Shown: positions 52,326 to 64,000 of the stretch, piece by piece
Position numbering within the stretch: the first letter of the stretch is position 1
Layout of the letters: every line of letters starts with the position of its first letter
Source: Octopus vulgaris
Taxonomy: Eukaryota
Assembly (NCBI GenBank): GCA_951406725.2
Contig: OX597817.1
Span: forward strand, 26,908,001 to 26,972,000
DNA: 64,000 bases
Direction of reading: 5' to 3'
Notes under the pieces: generated by a model
Told to the model about the DNA's origin: nothing
The model's input: the letters and a program-made list of their open reading frames with translations, nothing else
The model's database searches: none
Made by a program: the position numbers and the translations under genes

Positions 52326-52692
52326 TTTTAGATGGGTATGTAATTATGAGTAGATAGCCATGATCTTTGAACCATTACCTTTGACCCAGCAAAATACCAA
52401 GGATGTGACAGCTGAAGGGAGAGAGGAGATAACACTTATTTCAGTTGAAAAGACTGAGGTAACATGAAATGAAGTATCTTGCTCAAGGGTACGGTGTCCT
52501 TAAGCAAGGTACTTGCACAGGAATCAAAGCCATAGTATTATTGTTAGGTCAGTACTCTAAAGCACTGGACTATGCACCTTTTTAACCATTTCAATTTGGT
52601 TTGTCACTTGTGATTTGTGAAATGCAAACAATTTTGATTCCACTACACCAAACGAATTTCACTTCTTAAATAAACATATTCTAGCCTGACTG

Positions 52693-52893
52693 GCCCCCGT
52701 GCCAGTGGCACATAAAAACACCCACTACACTCTCAGAGTGGTTGGCATTAGGAAGGGCATCCAGGTGTAGAAACTCTGCCAGATCAAGACTGAAGCCTGA
52801 TGCAGCCATTTGGTTCGCTAACCCTCTGTCAAATCGTCCAACCCATGCTAGCATGAAAAGCGGACGTTAAACGATGATGATGATGATGATGAT
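52693..52893 (+). mobile_element. Family A copy (single unit)
   Basis: Core and (GAT)n tail. Confidence 0.8.
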
Positions 52894-53654
52894 GGTTAGT
52901 TGTCATCCACATCTTTCTCCATGAGATTTTATACTTTTTTGCTATTCTAAGTGTATCTAATGGGATATGTTAAAATGATAAGCCATGGGCAAGATTCATT
53001 TAACCAGCTTTCATTTTGCTTCAAAGCTATTACACTCAGAGAATACAGATCATGTTATGAGTTAAAAAAAATTATATTCCTCATAAATATGTTGACAGCA
53101 ATATTGTTTACAATTTTTAATTTACATTACTTTATTAAAGAGCAACCATTAAAAATATTTTTATCATTTAAGAGATTTCTAGAGAGTAAAATGGATTTTC
53201 AGAGGGTTAGCAACATAATATATATGTGTGTGAGTCTGTGTGATCATGTGTGTGTGTGTAGTGTGTGTGTAGCAAGTGATGTTGGGAGAAATTGGAGTGG
53301 ATTGGAGCAGGTTACAGCAGATATGTGTGAGCAGAACATCCTCCTCTCTCACCCTGTACTACTTACACACACCCCTATTGTTCCCTATGAATAGACCTCA
53401 ATACATCTCCACCACCATCTATTTCTCTCTCTCTCTCTCGCTCTCTTGCTCTGACTACCTTACCATTTCTAACTTTTTCTTACCTGCCTCTTCTTCCTTG
53501 ACCAACTGAGGTACCCATATATCACCTCAATAGTAAGACAGCTATTGCTGTCTCTCTGTTATACTTTAATCTCTTGTGTGGCACACAACTCCTTCCTCCC
53601 GTTTCAATCCCTCTCTCAGCTGAAAGGCTTGTTTTGCAAGATTCTTGGTGACCC

Positions 53655-54320
53655 CACTGATGCTGGTGCCATGCAAAAAGCAGCTGAGCTGGTGACACAT
53701 AAAAAGCAACCAGTTCACTCTGGAAAGTGCTTGGCATTACGAAGGGTACCCAACCATAGAAACTAGACTGAACAGACAACTGTAGTCTGTTGCAGTTCTC
53801 TGGCTTGCCAGCTCCTGTCAAGGAAGACAGATGTTAAATGGTGATGATGATGAATTTATAGTTTATTTCCTTTTATATCCTTTTTCCCATTTAGATTTGA
53901 TTGTTAATCATCATCATCATCATCATCGTAGTCATCGTAGTCATCGTAGTCATCGTTTAACATCTGCTTTTCAATCTGGCATGTGCTGGACGGTTTGACT
54001 GAGGACTGGTGAGCCAGAAGGTTGCACCAATCTCATCTGGCAAAGTTTCTACAGCTGGATGCCCTTCCTTACACTAACCACTCTAAGAGTGTAGTGGGTG
54101 CTTTTAAGTGCCACTGGCACGAGGGCCAGTCAGGCAGTTCTGGCAACAACCATTTCAAAAGGTGTTTTTTACGTGCTACCTGTACAGGAGCCAGTCTGGC
54201 GGCACTGACAATGACCACATTCGAATATTGTTTTTCACGTGCCACCGGCACATGGGCCAGTAAGGCGATGCTGGCAATGATCACATTCAAATGGTGCTTT
54301 TTACATGCCACCGGCATGGA
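53655..54320. mobile_element. Two diverged family A copies tail-to-tail (53655-53852 +, 53908-54320 -)
   Basis: (GAT)n and (CAT)n tails face each other, and cores occur on both strands. Confidence 0.7.
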
Positions 54321-55160
54321 ATCCAATCTGTGAATAGTGATCATTACCCAGCTTTTGGTCTGTGAATGTAAATTTGTGTTAGGTAGAATCCAGAAAGAAA
54401 GATAACAGATCTTAATTTACAAAATCAAGCAAAGAAAATCTTACAAAAACCAGTTTATAAGAACGTATGCATAAATTTTCTTGTTTTACAAAAAGTATGG
54501 TGCCATATGTTGTAGAATTTTATACAAACAGATAAAAGGGTTACCAGTAAAAATAAAATAGATCACAAACATTTATTTAAACTAGTAGAAATTATTTCAT
54601 TGATGTTAGATCGTAGGCTAACTGTTTGTTAAATGAGGGAGAAAGAGAGAGGAGAGAGAAAAGTGAGAGAAAGAGAGAGAGAAACGAGGCAGTCTAATCT
54701 GGTGACATATTAAAAAGAGAGAAAGAGAGAGAGAGAGAGTTAGATGCAGATTTATTTCTGTTCACTTAACCTAAAGATAGCTCACAGACTTTCAGTTTCT
54801 GATTGGCTAAAATAACACACATAACAAAACTGAAACCAAAAAACCAACAGCTGGATGGAGTTTCTGCAGATCAAATGTTTACTTCCTGAAGATTAAAAAA
54901 AAATCTGGTGGTTTTTGAAATGTTGTGATACATACTAAATGGATGTGAACAAAATATTTAGTGCATGTTGTTGCCTAAAGAGATGTAGGGAAAGATAAAC
55001 CATATTCAACTGGTTAGGATCCAGGTTTTCAATGTCAGTCAGCTTATTAAGCATACATGCATATGCACATACACATGCACATGCACACACACACATACAC
55101 ACATACACACATGCACACATGCACACACACACGCACATATCTGAGATTCTTATGTGAATA

Positions 55161-55515
55161 TGAGGAGACCTATTGAGTCAAGTAGATCAACATACCTGTA
55201 AAAAGCACCGTCTGAACGTGGCCGATGCCAGTGCCACCTTGACTGGCTTCTGTGCCGGTGGTACGTAAAAAGCACCAACTGATCATGGCCGCTGCCAGCC
55301 TCCCCTGGCACCTGTGCTGGTAGCACGTAAAAAGGACCCACTACACTCACGGAGTGGTTGGCGTTAGGAAGGGCATCCAGCTGTAGAAACACTGCCAGAT
55401 CAGACTGGAGACTGGTGCAGCCTCCTGACTTCCCAGATCCAGGTCGAACCATCCAACCCATGCTAGTATGGAAAACAGACGTTAAACGATGATGGTGATG
55501 ATGATGATGATGATG
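55161..55515 (+). mobile_element. Family A copy
   Basis: Leader, units, core and tail. Confidence 0.85.
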
Positions 55516-55700
55516 ACTTGGGCGTATGCAGTGAATGTTCAACCAACACACCAACTCCGCCACATATCTACAAACACAAGGAGCTCTCTCAACTCAAAAA
55601 GCCTTGTTGCTTTGTTTGTGAATGGCTTGAGTTTTCTTAAGAACTTAAATTAAAACTCAGAGGAAAACACATACATACATACATACATACATACATACAT

Positions 55701-55890
55701 TCACCATGATAGATCGCTAGCCACTAGACACATTCTTTTTCTTTTCTTGTTTCTTTCTGTGTTCCTTTCTGTGGAAGAGCGTAGGCTCGAAACATTAAAG
55801 ACTCTTTCCACTTCCCAAGCGTTATACTAATACATCTGTTTGTTTTCTACACCACCTGACTTCATCTTTTGTATTTTTGTGACTTCTCCC
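55701..55890 (+). mobile_element. HH-U6 element copy 3 (hammerhead motif at 55764-55801)
   Basis: ccttt CTGTGGA a gagc gtag gctc GAA acat T aaaga, flanked by (TACA)n. Confidence 0.65.
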
Positions 55891-55992
55891 TACATACATA
55901 CATACATACATACATAATACATACATGCATGCATACATACATACATACATACATACATACATACATACATACCTACATACATACATACATAC

Positions 55993-56350
55993 ATTATTAT
56001 GGCTGCCCCCTCGTTATCTAGTATGGCCATTGCACGAAGCTTAACTTTTACTGGTGCTGTGATCGAATGTGACTTTTTAGCCCAGCTAAAGATCTACAAT
56101 GTTTTGTACAAAGTTGACAACTAAAACCTTTACTGGTAATAGCTGGCTGTAGTTGTAACTGGCCTTCATATACCTTTGCATGTCGTTTAAGTCCTCCTGC
56201 CGAATTACACTCTCTTCCACATGCCCGACAGATATGATTAGTATGGTGTGTTACACCACCACCAGTGGCCAGGTTGTCACTCATCTGTCTCGTTTTATGA
56301 CTACGAAGATGACTCATGAGTCCAGCTTTACTGAGGGAGGGTCTTGCACA
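55993..56350 (-). mobile_element. RTE-type LINE 3' end encoding three C2H2-like zinc fingers
   Basis: CARPSLSKAGLMSHLRSH, CRACGRECNSAGGLKRHAKVY and CQLCTKHCRSLAGLKSHIRSQH*. The short 3' UTR atggcc...ggcagccataataat resembles the RTE end at 30207-30241. Confidence 0.7.
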
Positions 56351-56944
56351 TACATACATACATACATACATACATACATACATACATGCATACTACAGTT
56401 TCAAGCCATCAATGGATCTGTAAAACTTTCCAGAATTTAGCATTTGAGTATACCCTGTTGACATTGTTAAAATTCCAATGAAGGAATCTTGGATCTAGGT
56501 TAGAAACTGGTTCTTTCATGTTTTGTTAAGAAATTTTAAAAATAAAACTGAATAACATACATACACACACTCACATACACATACATGCAATGCATACATA
56601 CACACACACATGCAATGCATACATACATGTATATTTGCAAGTATGTATTGTATGTAAGTACATGGTATATTTTCGCAGTACATATCTGATACATTCCATT
56701 GACATGGCAAGAATTTTGCTTTTACATTTCTCCCATTTACCTTACCTTTATTCACAGTCATCAATTGATTCCTGGAGAGTTAATTGAAATGCATGTGCAT
56801 TCTATCCAGGAGCATATTTATCTCTCCTTCTATCTCTAAGCATTGCTTCTGCCCATTCTGAAGATTTATTGAAAGATTGACCTTTCTCTGTTGTTATTTT
56901 ACAGAATACACCTAAAAAAACATCTAAGACTTTTGATTGACCAA

Positions 56945-57146
56945 TATTTTCATTATGCTAGCAACTGCCATACGAGCACCAACAATTTGACCAATAGATC
57001 TGTCATCTTAATGAATTTTAATTACTTTTTTCTGATGATATCTGAAAAGAAACAGTAATTCATTTTAGCAAAGCATATTAAACAACACTAATAACAAATC
57101 AAAAAACATTATAGTTATTTCAAAATTATGATGCTATGATGTTAGG
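56945..57146 (-). mobile_element. Tc1-like 5' fragment
   Basis: Inverted homologue of 58480-58720 (GQIVGARMAVAS). Confidence 0.7.
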
Positions 57147-57435
57147 CCTTTGATGTCATTGTCTAAATTGGTGAGTTGAGGGTGAGTTTCCTGGCTGAGT
57201 TCAGTTATAGGAATTGCTGTATGTAAAAGAAATTAAATGAATTGACCCTGCTATAGATTGAACCCATCTTACAATCTTGATTCAGCTGGGATTTACCTGT
57301 ATTATGTGATATCCACAGTTGTTGATCTTGTTATATCTCATGTTAGTTCTGATTGAGTAGACACGTGAGGAAAGGTGTTCCTACCATGACCATCACATCA
57401 ATCTACCAGAAATTATATGACTTGAACACTATATA

Positions 57436-57787
57436 GAAATTGTAGTTGTGATACCAGTGCTGGTCGCACGTTAAAAGATCCATCCCGAACGTGCCCATTG
57501 CCAGCGCTGCCTGGACTGGCCTCCATGCCGGTGGCATGTAGAAAGCACCAACTGATTGTGGCCATTGCCAGCCTTGCATGGCACCTGTGCCGGTGGCATG
57601 TAGAAAGCACCTACTACACTCATGGAGTGGTTGGCGTTAGGAAGGGCATCCAGCTGTAGAAACACTGCCAGATCAGACTGAAGCCTGGTGCAGCCTCCTG
57701 GCTTCCCAAACCCCAGTCAAACCGTCCAACCCGTGCTAGCACGGAAAACGGATGTTAAACGATGATGAGGATGAAGATGCTGATGAT
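57436..57787 (+). mobile_element. Family A copy
   Basis: Units, core and tail. Confidence 0.85.
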
Positions 57788-58164
57788 GTACTCCTCCTTT
57801 TTTAAAATGATAGCTATTTGAAGGGGGTAGATTTGGCTGGTATTTCTAGGAGACTGAGCAACCACAGAGATGTTTCTTCATTGGCTCTGATATTTGTAGT
57901 TTTAAAATATGGTTAAAAGCAATAAACACAATTGGCAGTGAATACAATAATGTTGTACTTTAAATCAACTGACAATAGACAGCAAAGCTTTCTGTAGAAA
58001 GCAAGCTTCGTTAAACTTGAAATGAATAAAATTACTAATTCATCTTGATCCATAAATCTCACCCTATACACTTATTTAATCTGTTTGATCCATTTTTATG
58101 ATTCAATAAAAATCTCCAGATAATTATAATGACATCAATAACAACAATGAAATCTGAACAATGC

Positions 58165-58198
<34 letters not shown>

Positions 58199-58261
58199 CA
58201 TTATTATTATTATTATTATCATTATTATTACTATTACTATTATTATTATTATTTATTGACT

Positions 58262-58422
58262 TTGGACAGCCTTCTAGTCGAACAAATCGACGCTAGGACT
58301 TACTCTTTGTAAGCATAGTACTTATTCTATCATTTCTTTTGCCAAACTGCAAGCTACGGGGGATGTAAAATCGCCAACATTGGTTGTCAAGTGATGGTGG
58401 GAGAACAAATACTGGCACATAA

Positions 58423-58430
<8 letters not shown>
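58262..58430 (-). mobile_element. SINE family B partial copy
   Basis: tagtcgaacaaatcgac...ctttgtaagcatagtacttattctatc. Confidence 0.65.
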
Positions 58431-58453
<23 letters not shown>

Positions 58454-58878
58454 CAGGGGTTGGACTAAATAAGGGAAACACCTAGCATCATAGCATCATA
58501 ATTTTGAAATATCTATAAAAGTGTCAAAAGCTTGTATATTTTTATGTTTTTTTTTTATTTATTATTAGTGTTGTTTAATATGCTTTGCTAAAATTACTGT
58601 TTCTTTTCAGATATCCTTAGAAAAAGGTAATTAAAATTCATAAAATTGACAGATCTATTGGACTTTCAAAGAGGTCAAATTGTTGGTGCTCATATGGCAG
58701 GTGCTAGCATAATGAAAATAGCCGAAATGTTTGGTGTATCAAGAAGTACTCTCTCAAAAGTAATGACAGCGTCTGAGAAAAACATCCACATTGAACAAAA
58801 TTCTGGAAAAGAAAACCAAAAGATCCAGATAGGGACTGTCGAACTCTTACATGAATTATTAGAAGGGATCAACAGCAC
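58454..58878 (+). mobile_element. Tc1-like transposon 5' end with decayed transposase HTH
   Basis: Starts TA|CAGGGGTTGGAC and encodes DLLDFQRGQIVGAHMAGASIMKIAEMFGVSRSTLSKV. Confidence 0.8.
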
Positions 58879-59253
58879 ATGACCTTGCAGGTGGGGCCCA
58901 GTTAGAATTTTGTTCTGGTCGAGTAGCCCATCCCGCTCAAAAGGTCCCTGACTAAGGGTTGTTTAAGGATGTTGAAAGAACCACCCATGTTTCCAGAGGT
59001 GAATTATTCAAACCCCAAAGAATCCCTCTCAGCACATGGCTATGACGCTCCCCAACTAATTCTGCTCGTGATCAGAGATGCACATATCGTCAGCCACTAA
59101 GGCACATGCTCAACTGGTTAAGGTCAAACAACTGACAAGCAAATCTGTGGTATTGAGCAGAATATTTGCTGTAGCCCATCTTTTATACCAAGACAAAACA
59201 ATGTACATGATAATACTTCCAATCAGTTAAGATCAGAAGCCATGAGAGCCACT
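58879..59253. repeat. Unclassified interspersed repeat F, longer copy
   Basis: Inverted homology with 1981-2150. Confidence 0.7.
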
Positions 59254-59505
59254 AGAAACAAATCTCAGGTTTAGTCTTATTCTTGATCGGACTTTTGTGA
59301 GTAGCAACTAAGTTGCTCTTCTTTTCGGATTATGGCTGCTGTTGCTTAGCGAGTGGGATTGACTCAGTGCACAGCCTTTCCTCACATGGTTTTTCAGAAT
59401 ATTGAAAATGAATGGCATTCATTTGCAACAAACATATGATGCCAAAACAACGTGACTGGGAGTGTACACACACACACATTAGTATACTATGGTTTTTTTT
59501 GCAGT

Positions 59506-59618
59506 TTACTCTTTACTCTTTTACTTGTTTCAGTCATTTGACTGTGGCCATGCTGAAGCACTGCCTTTAGTCAAGCAAATCAATCCCAGGACTTATTCTT
59601 TGTAAGCCTAGTACTTAT
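59506..59618 (-). mobile_element. SINE family B 3' fragment
   Basis: Tail and body up to agtacttatt. Confidence 0.75.
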
Positions 59619-59906
59619 TCAAACAGCGTCGGCTGCGGGGTCATTCCAAAAAGCTCTACCTGCGACGATTTCATCTCAATCGAAGGAGAGGAGCTTTCTC
59701 CGTCCGGGTTGCGGATCCGTGGAACAAGCTGCCAGACGAGATGGTGAAGATGCCGACGACCGCTTTGTTCAAAGCCTCCCTGGACCTCAAGTGGCCTGAA
59801 CTCTTTACATGAACACCACCCTGTACTTAACTCCATGTCCCCCTACATGGTCTTGCTATTTGCTTTTGAGTCAAATTAGCTAACTAACTAACTAACTAAC
59901 TAACTA
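59619..59906 (+). mobile_element. CR1-type LINE 3' end with (CTAA)n tail
   Basis: RLRGHS, then a frameshift, then KLYLRRFHLNRRRGAFSVRVADPWNKLPDEMVKMPTTALFKASLDLKW, a typical CR1 ORF2 C-terminus. Confidence 0.8.
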
Positions 59907-60240
59907 ATAAAAGAAGTTACAAAAATAATGGACCAGATATTACAATTATAGATAAAGAAAAACTGAAGTTGCTTACTAATCAACCCATCATGCTTGTTTG
60001 ATTCCAGGATTGTAAAGAAAGAGGAAGAAAAACATAGAAAATACAATCCTTTAGAATTTGAAATAGGAAGAATTTGCAAACAGTAAGGGCCATGCCTATA
60101 ATAATTGGTGTGTTGGGAACAGTACACAAAGACATAAACAAATGGCTGAAAGAAATTGGAATAGAATACCCAGTAGAGCTCCTACAGAAAGTTTCTCTTA
60201 GGGCCAGCAAGGATTATCAGGAGGGGTTCTAAGCACTTAA
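59907..60240 (+). mobile_element. R4/Dong-type endonuclease C-terminal fragment
   Basis: CLLINPSCLFDSRIVKKEEEKHRKYNPLEFEIGRI and PIIIGVLGTVHKDINKWLKEIGI...LLQK. Confidence 0.7.
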
Positions 60241-60477
60241 AAGGCTGCTAAAAATGTGTGGATACTTAAGGTTACAGGTAGCACATATGTATATCGTTAT
60301 TTACTTTTGTATATATGTATATATGTATATATGTATGTATGGATGTCGTTATTTAGTTTTGTATGTATATGTGGATGTATGTATGTGTGCATACACCTTT
60401 GCGTACATACACAGAAAGGCATGTTGGTGCTTAATTCATATTTTCTTATTGTTTGTCTTTCTTTCTTTCACTCTTTC

Positions 60478-60672
60478 TTTTACTTGTTTCAGTCATTTGA
60501 CTGCGGCCATGCTTGAGCACCGCCTTTAATCAAGCAACTCGACCCCGGGACTTATTCTTTGTAAGCCCAGTACTTATTCTATCGGTCTCTTTTGCCGAAC
60601 CGCTAAGTGATGGGGACATAAACACACCAGCAGCAGTTGTCAAGCAATACTAGGGGGACAAACACAGACACA
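60478..60672 (-). mobile_element. 5'-truncated SINE B between long direct repeats
   Basis: Flanked by 60283-60456 and 60675-60820. Confidence 0.8.
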
Positions 60673-61109
60673 ATACATATGTATGTCATTATTTACTTTT
60701 GTATGTATGTCGTTATTTAGTTTTGTATGTATATATGGATGTATGTATGTGTGCATACACCTTTGCGTACATACACAGAAAGGTATATTGGTGCTTAATT
60801 CATATTTTTTAATTGTTTGTATTATTTTTTTTATATGATTTACAATGTTAGTTGTCAAATTCTGTGCATAACACACTACTTTATGATGTTAATTGGAAAT
60901 AATCTTATGAAGAATGTGATATCTCTATTTTTAGAATATCATTAATCAAAACTATTACCAAGTTTGTATAGACCCTTCGACACATAGTGTAAGGGCTTTA
61001 CGGTACTCCATACTTACTTACATTCATATATATATATCTATATACATGTGTATGTATATGTATGTGTATAGATACATATGAACATATCTCTCTCTCTCTC
61101 TCTCTCTCG

Positions 61110-61176
<67 letters not shown>

Positions 61177-61423
61177 ATATATTATATTTTATATATAGAT
61201 ATAGATATATATATAATATATAGATATATATACATATGTATGTATGTATGTATGTAAGTGAGTGTGTATGTGTGTATATATGCATGTGCTCACACATACG
61301 AACACACATCATTGAATTTTAAATATATATGTACACATAGAAGCTACATAAGTTTGTGTAAACACAAAAACATACCCATACACACACACATATACACACA
61401 CATATTCATACACAGATACATAC

Positions 61424-61468
<45 letters not shown>

Positions 61469-62059
61469 TGCATACTCACATCTATAGATGTCATTGAATT
61501 TTACATACATACTCACACATGGAAATATGTTTCCGTATTGAATATGTTCATGTGTGTCCATATATATAGAGTTTATTTGTTTGAGCAAAACGCATTCTGA
61601 TAGGTACTCTCATATGCATGCACACAAATTAAGAAAAATTTTATTCCTACACAGATACATGCACACGCATACACATGCATCATTATTTAATGTACATCAC
61701 ATTATATAAGCCATCTTCCTTAATATTAAGAAAGGAAACAGAAAAATGAATGTCATTTTTAATGCATTGTAAGAATGGAAGAATTCTTCCAGTACTAGAT
61801 ATGAAATGGGTTTTCATTCAATAAACTAAATTGATAAACTGGCAGAAGACCAACTGAAACAACAAGAATAAGTCAAAAATTAATTGATGTGTATACAAAG
61901 TGAAATAATAAAGGGAAGTTTTGTGTGTTAAAATCCAGTAAATTCACTAACTTGTTGCACTAGTCGCCACATTAATGGACCATTGTGGAGTCAGTTAGTA
62001 AAATTTATTCCACATGGCATGACATGTTCATTACAATAGTTATTAATTATTTTATGGAT

Positions 62060-62660
62060 TGGTTGAATCTTTAAAGCATTGGACAAAATGCTTTTGTGTT
62101 TGTTTCAATACTTGACATTCTAAATTCAAATCCCTCCAAGGACGACTTTACTTTTCATGCTTTTGGGGTTGGTCAAATAAAGAACCAATCGAATACTAGA
62201 GTGGATGTAATCAACTAATCAGCTCTCATCAAAATTGTTGGAATAATGCCTAAATCATGAACTTTTATCATCCCATTCTTTGGCAGTATTTTCAGAGAGT
62301 TGGACAAAATGCCTTTTTGGTATTTGTCCTAAAACATTACATTCTGAGTTCAAATTCTACTGAAGTCAACATTGTTTCCAACTATTTAGTTTTAATAAAA
62401 TAAAATGCCAGAGAGATAGATAAGATAGATAGTGCTGGGATAGATAAAATTAATTGTTCCCCTCATCCAAATTCCAGGCTTTGTACCCATGCAAGAAGTT
62501 ATTAATTTTCCATATTTGCTTCAGCTTTTTAAGATATGTGTTCAAATACTGCTAATATCATCTTTGCCTTTCATTCCTTTTGGCTTGATAAAATATTATA
62601 TTAGTCAAGCTCTAGGATTGATGGAATCAACAAAGGCCATTTCTTAATAATTACTGTTGT
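62060..62660 (+). mobile_element. Three highly diverged tandem SINE C copies
   Basis: Recurring ttggacaaaatgc and ttcaaat...ttt.c.tttcat motifs at about 62080, 62300 and 62540. Confidence 0.55.
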
Positions 62661-63070
62661 TGCCTAAATTACTATCACTATTCAAACTTTTGTGAGTGGA
62701 GTTTTGGGACACAATATAAGCTCTAATCATGGCTCTGAGGTTAAACAGATAGTTTACTGTTCAATACAACCATGGAAATATGAATAAAATTTGGTAAACA
62801 CAAATACTGTGGAAGATTGTCAAAAGGAGTGTTTCTATTCTTGGATGGGGACTTAATTCATCATATGTTTTAAACAATTTTATATAGAATTTGTGTGCTT
62901 TTAGAAGAATCCACTCTGATGCCCGTATTCGTGTCAGGTTTCCAGGCTCTAGATCATTGCTACTCAAAGTGGTGGTCCATGGACCGGTACTGGTCTGCAA
63001 GCCATCAGCTGCTGGTATATGCAACGTGACAAGTTTCCAGAAAAGAAACATTATAAAATACTTATGTAAT

Positions 63071-63488
63071 ACTCTTTTTACTCTTTTACTTGTTTCAGTT
63101 ATTTGACTGTGGCCATGCTGGAGCACCACCTTTAGTCGAGCAAATCAACCCTAGGACTTATTCTTTGTAAGCATAGCACTTATTCTATTGGTCCCTTTTG
63201 AGTGGATTTAGTAGACAGAAGCTGAAAGAAGCCCGTTGTATATATGTATATGTATATATATATGTGTGTGTGTGTGTGTTTGTGTGCCTGTGTTCATCAC
63301 CCCAACATCACTTGACAACCGATGCTGGTGTGTTTATTTCCCCGTAACTTAGCAGTTCAGTAAAAGAGACCGATAGAATAAGTACTAGGCTTACAAAGAA
63401 TAAGTCCAGGGTTCAATTTGCTCGATTAAAGGCGGTGCTCCAGCATGGCTGCATTCAAATGACTGAAACAAGTAAAAGAGTAAAAGAA
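63071..63488. mobile_element. Two truncated SINE B copies fused head-to-head (63071-63199 -, 63200-63488 +)
   Basis: Both tails point outward, giving about 130 bp of inverted homology. Confidence 0.8.
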
Positions 63489-63640
63489 ATGTAAAAATGA
63501 AGCTTAATGCCACTGACTTTATTGTCTGAAATTAATCATTAAACTGATGAATATTTTCTTCTCACAATGAATTTTAGTTGATTAAAGTTCTTGGTTCAGT
63601 ATATTAAGCACATTATACACTTCTCTCTCTCTCTTTCTCT

Positions 63641-63695
<55 letters not shown>

Positions 63696-64000
63696 CTTTG
63701 TAGCAGACCTCCCTAGATAACATCTTATTTTATTGTTTTATGATATCACACAGCTCAGAGTTCATTAAATAAAATTCTGGTTATCATATGTCTGACAGTA
63801 ATAGTAATAATTTGCTTCACTGGGGAGGTTTAATAAGACTGAAATATGTCGACGCTAGTCATTTTAGTGCCAAATATCAGACTCAATACCCACTGCATTC
63901 TATTTCCAATGAATTTATCTCAGTATGAATTTCAATACAATTTCCATTGTCGTTTCCTTTGACTTCCTTCACCAAAATGAATAATTAACTTAATGACAGT

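Noticed and set aside
54790-54890. CCAAT-box (ctgattggct) and ETS-like motifs after a (GA)n tract
   Set aside because: Short motifs are expected by chance, and there is no associated gene start.
57032-57055. CTGATGA-tatct-GAAA hammerhead-like string
   Set aside because: It lies in the Tc1 UTR, is not conserved in the second copy at about 58605-58625, and has no stems I or III.

Overview
AT-rich, microsatellite-saturated eukaryotic DNA with no recognisable intact host gene, so probably intronic or intergenic. The repeat families suggest a coleoid cephalopod, most likely Octopus; this is an inference from recalled repeat sequences, not a database result. Nearly all ORFs in the supplied track are artefacts of microsatellites or SINEs. 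The real coding remnants are all from transposons: Gypsy gag plus LTR, R4/Dong-type RT and endonuclease pieces, a decayed RTE LINE, an RTE zinc-finger tail, a CR1 3' end, mariner and Tc1 transposase N-termini, and a Penelope-like ORF fragment. At least five SINE-like families (working names A, B, C, D, G) occur, most in many copies, and they appear to swap heads and tails. The most unusual signal is a set of short elements, mostly embedded in (TA)n or (TACA)n repeats. Several are foldbacks (inverted arm, direct arm, then a 60-90 bp extension, some with 12-13 bp TSDs), and several carry type I hammerhead ribozyme motifs with palindromic stem III. The cores include canonical forms (CUGAUGA, CUGAAGA) and variants: a compensated G3-C8 core (GUGAACA), a possible U3-A8 core, and an A6U core shared by three copies. 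All coordinates were read by eye, and repeat boundaries are approximate.
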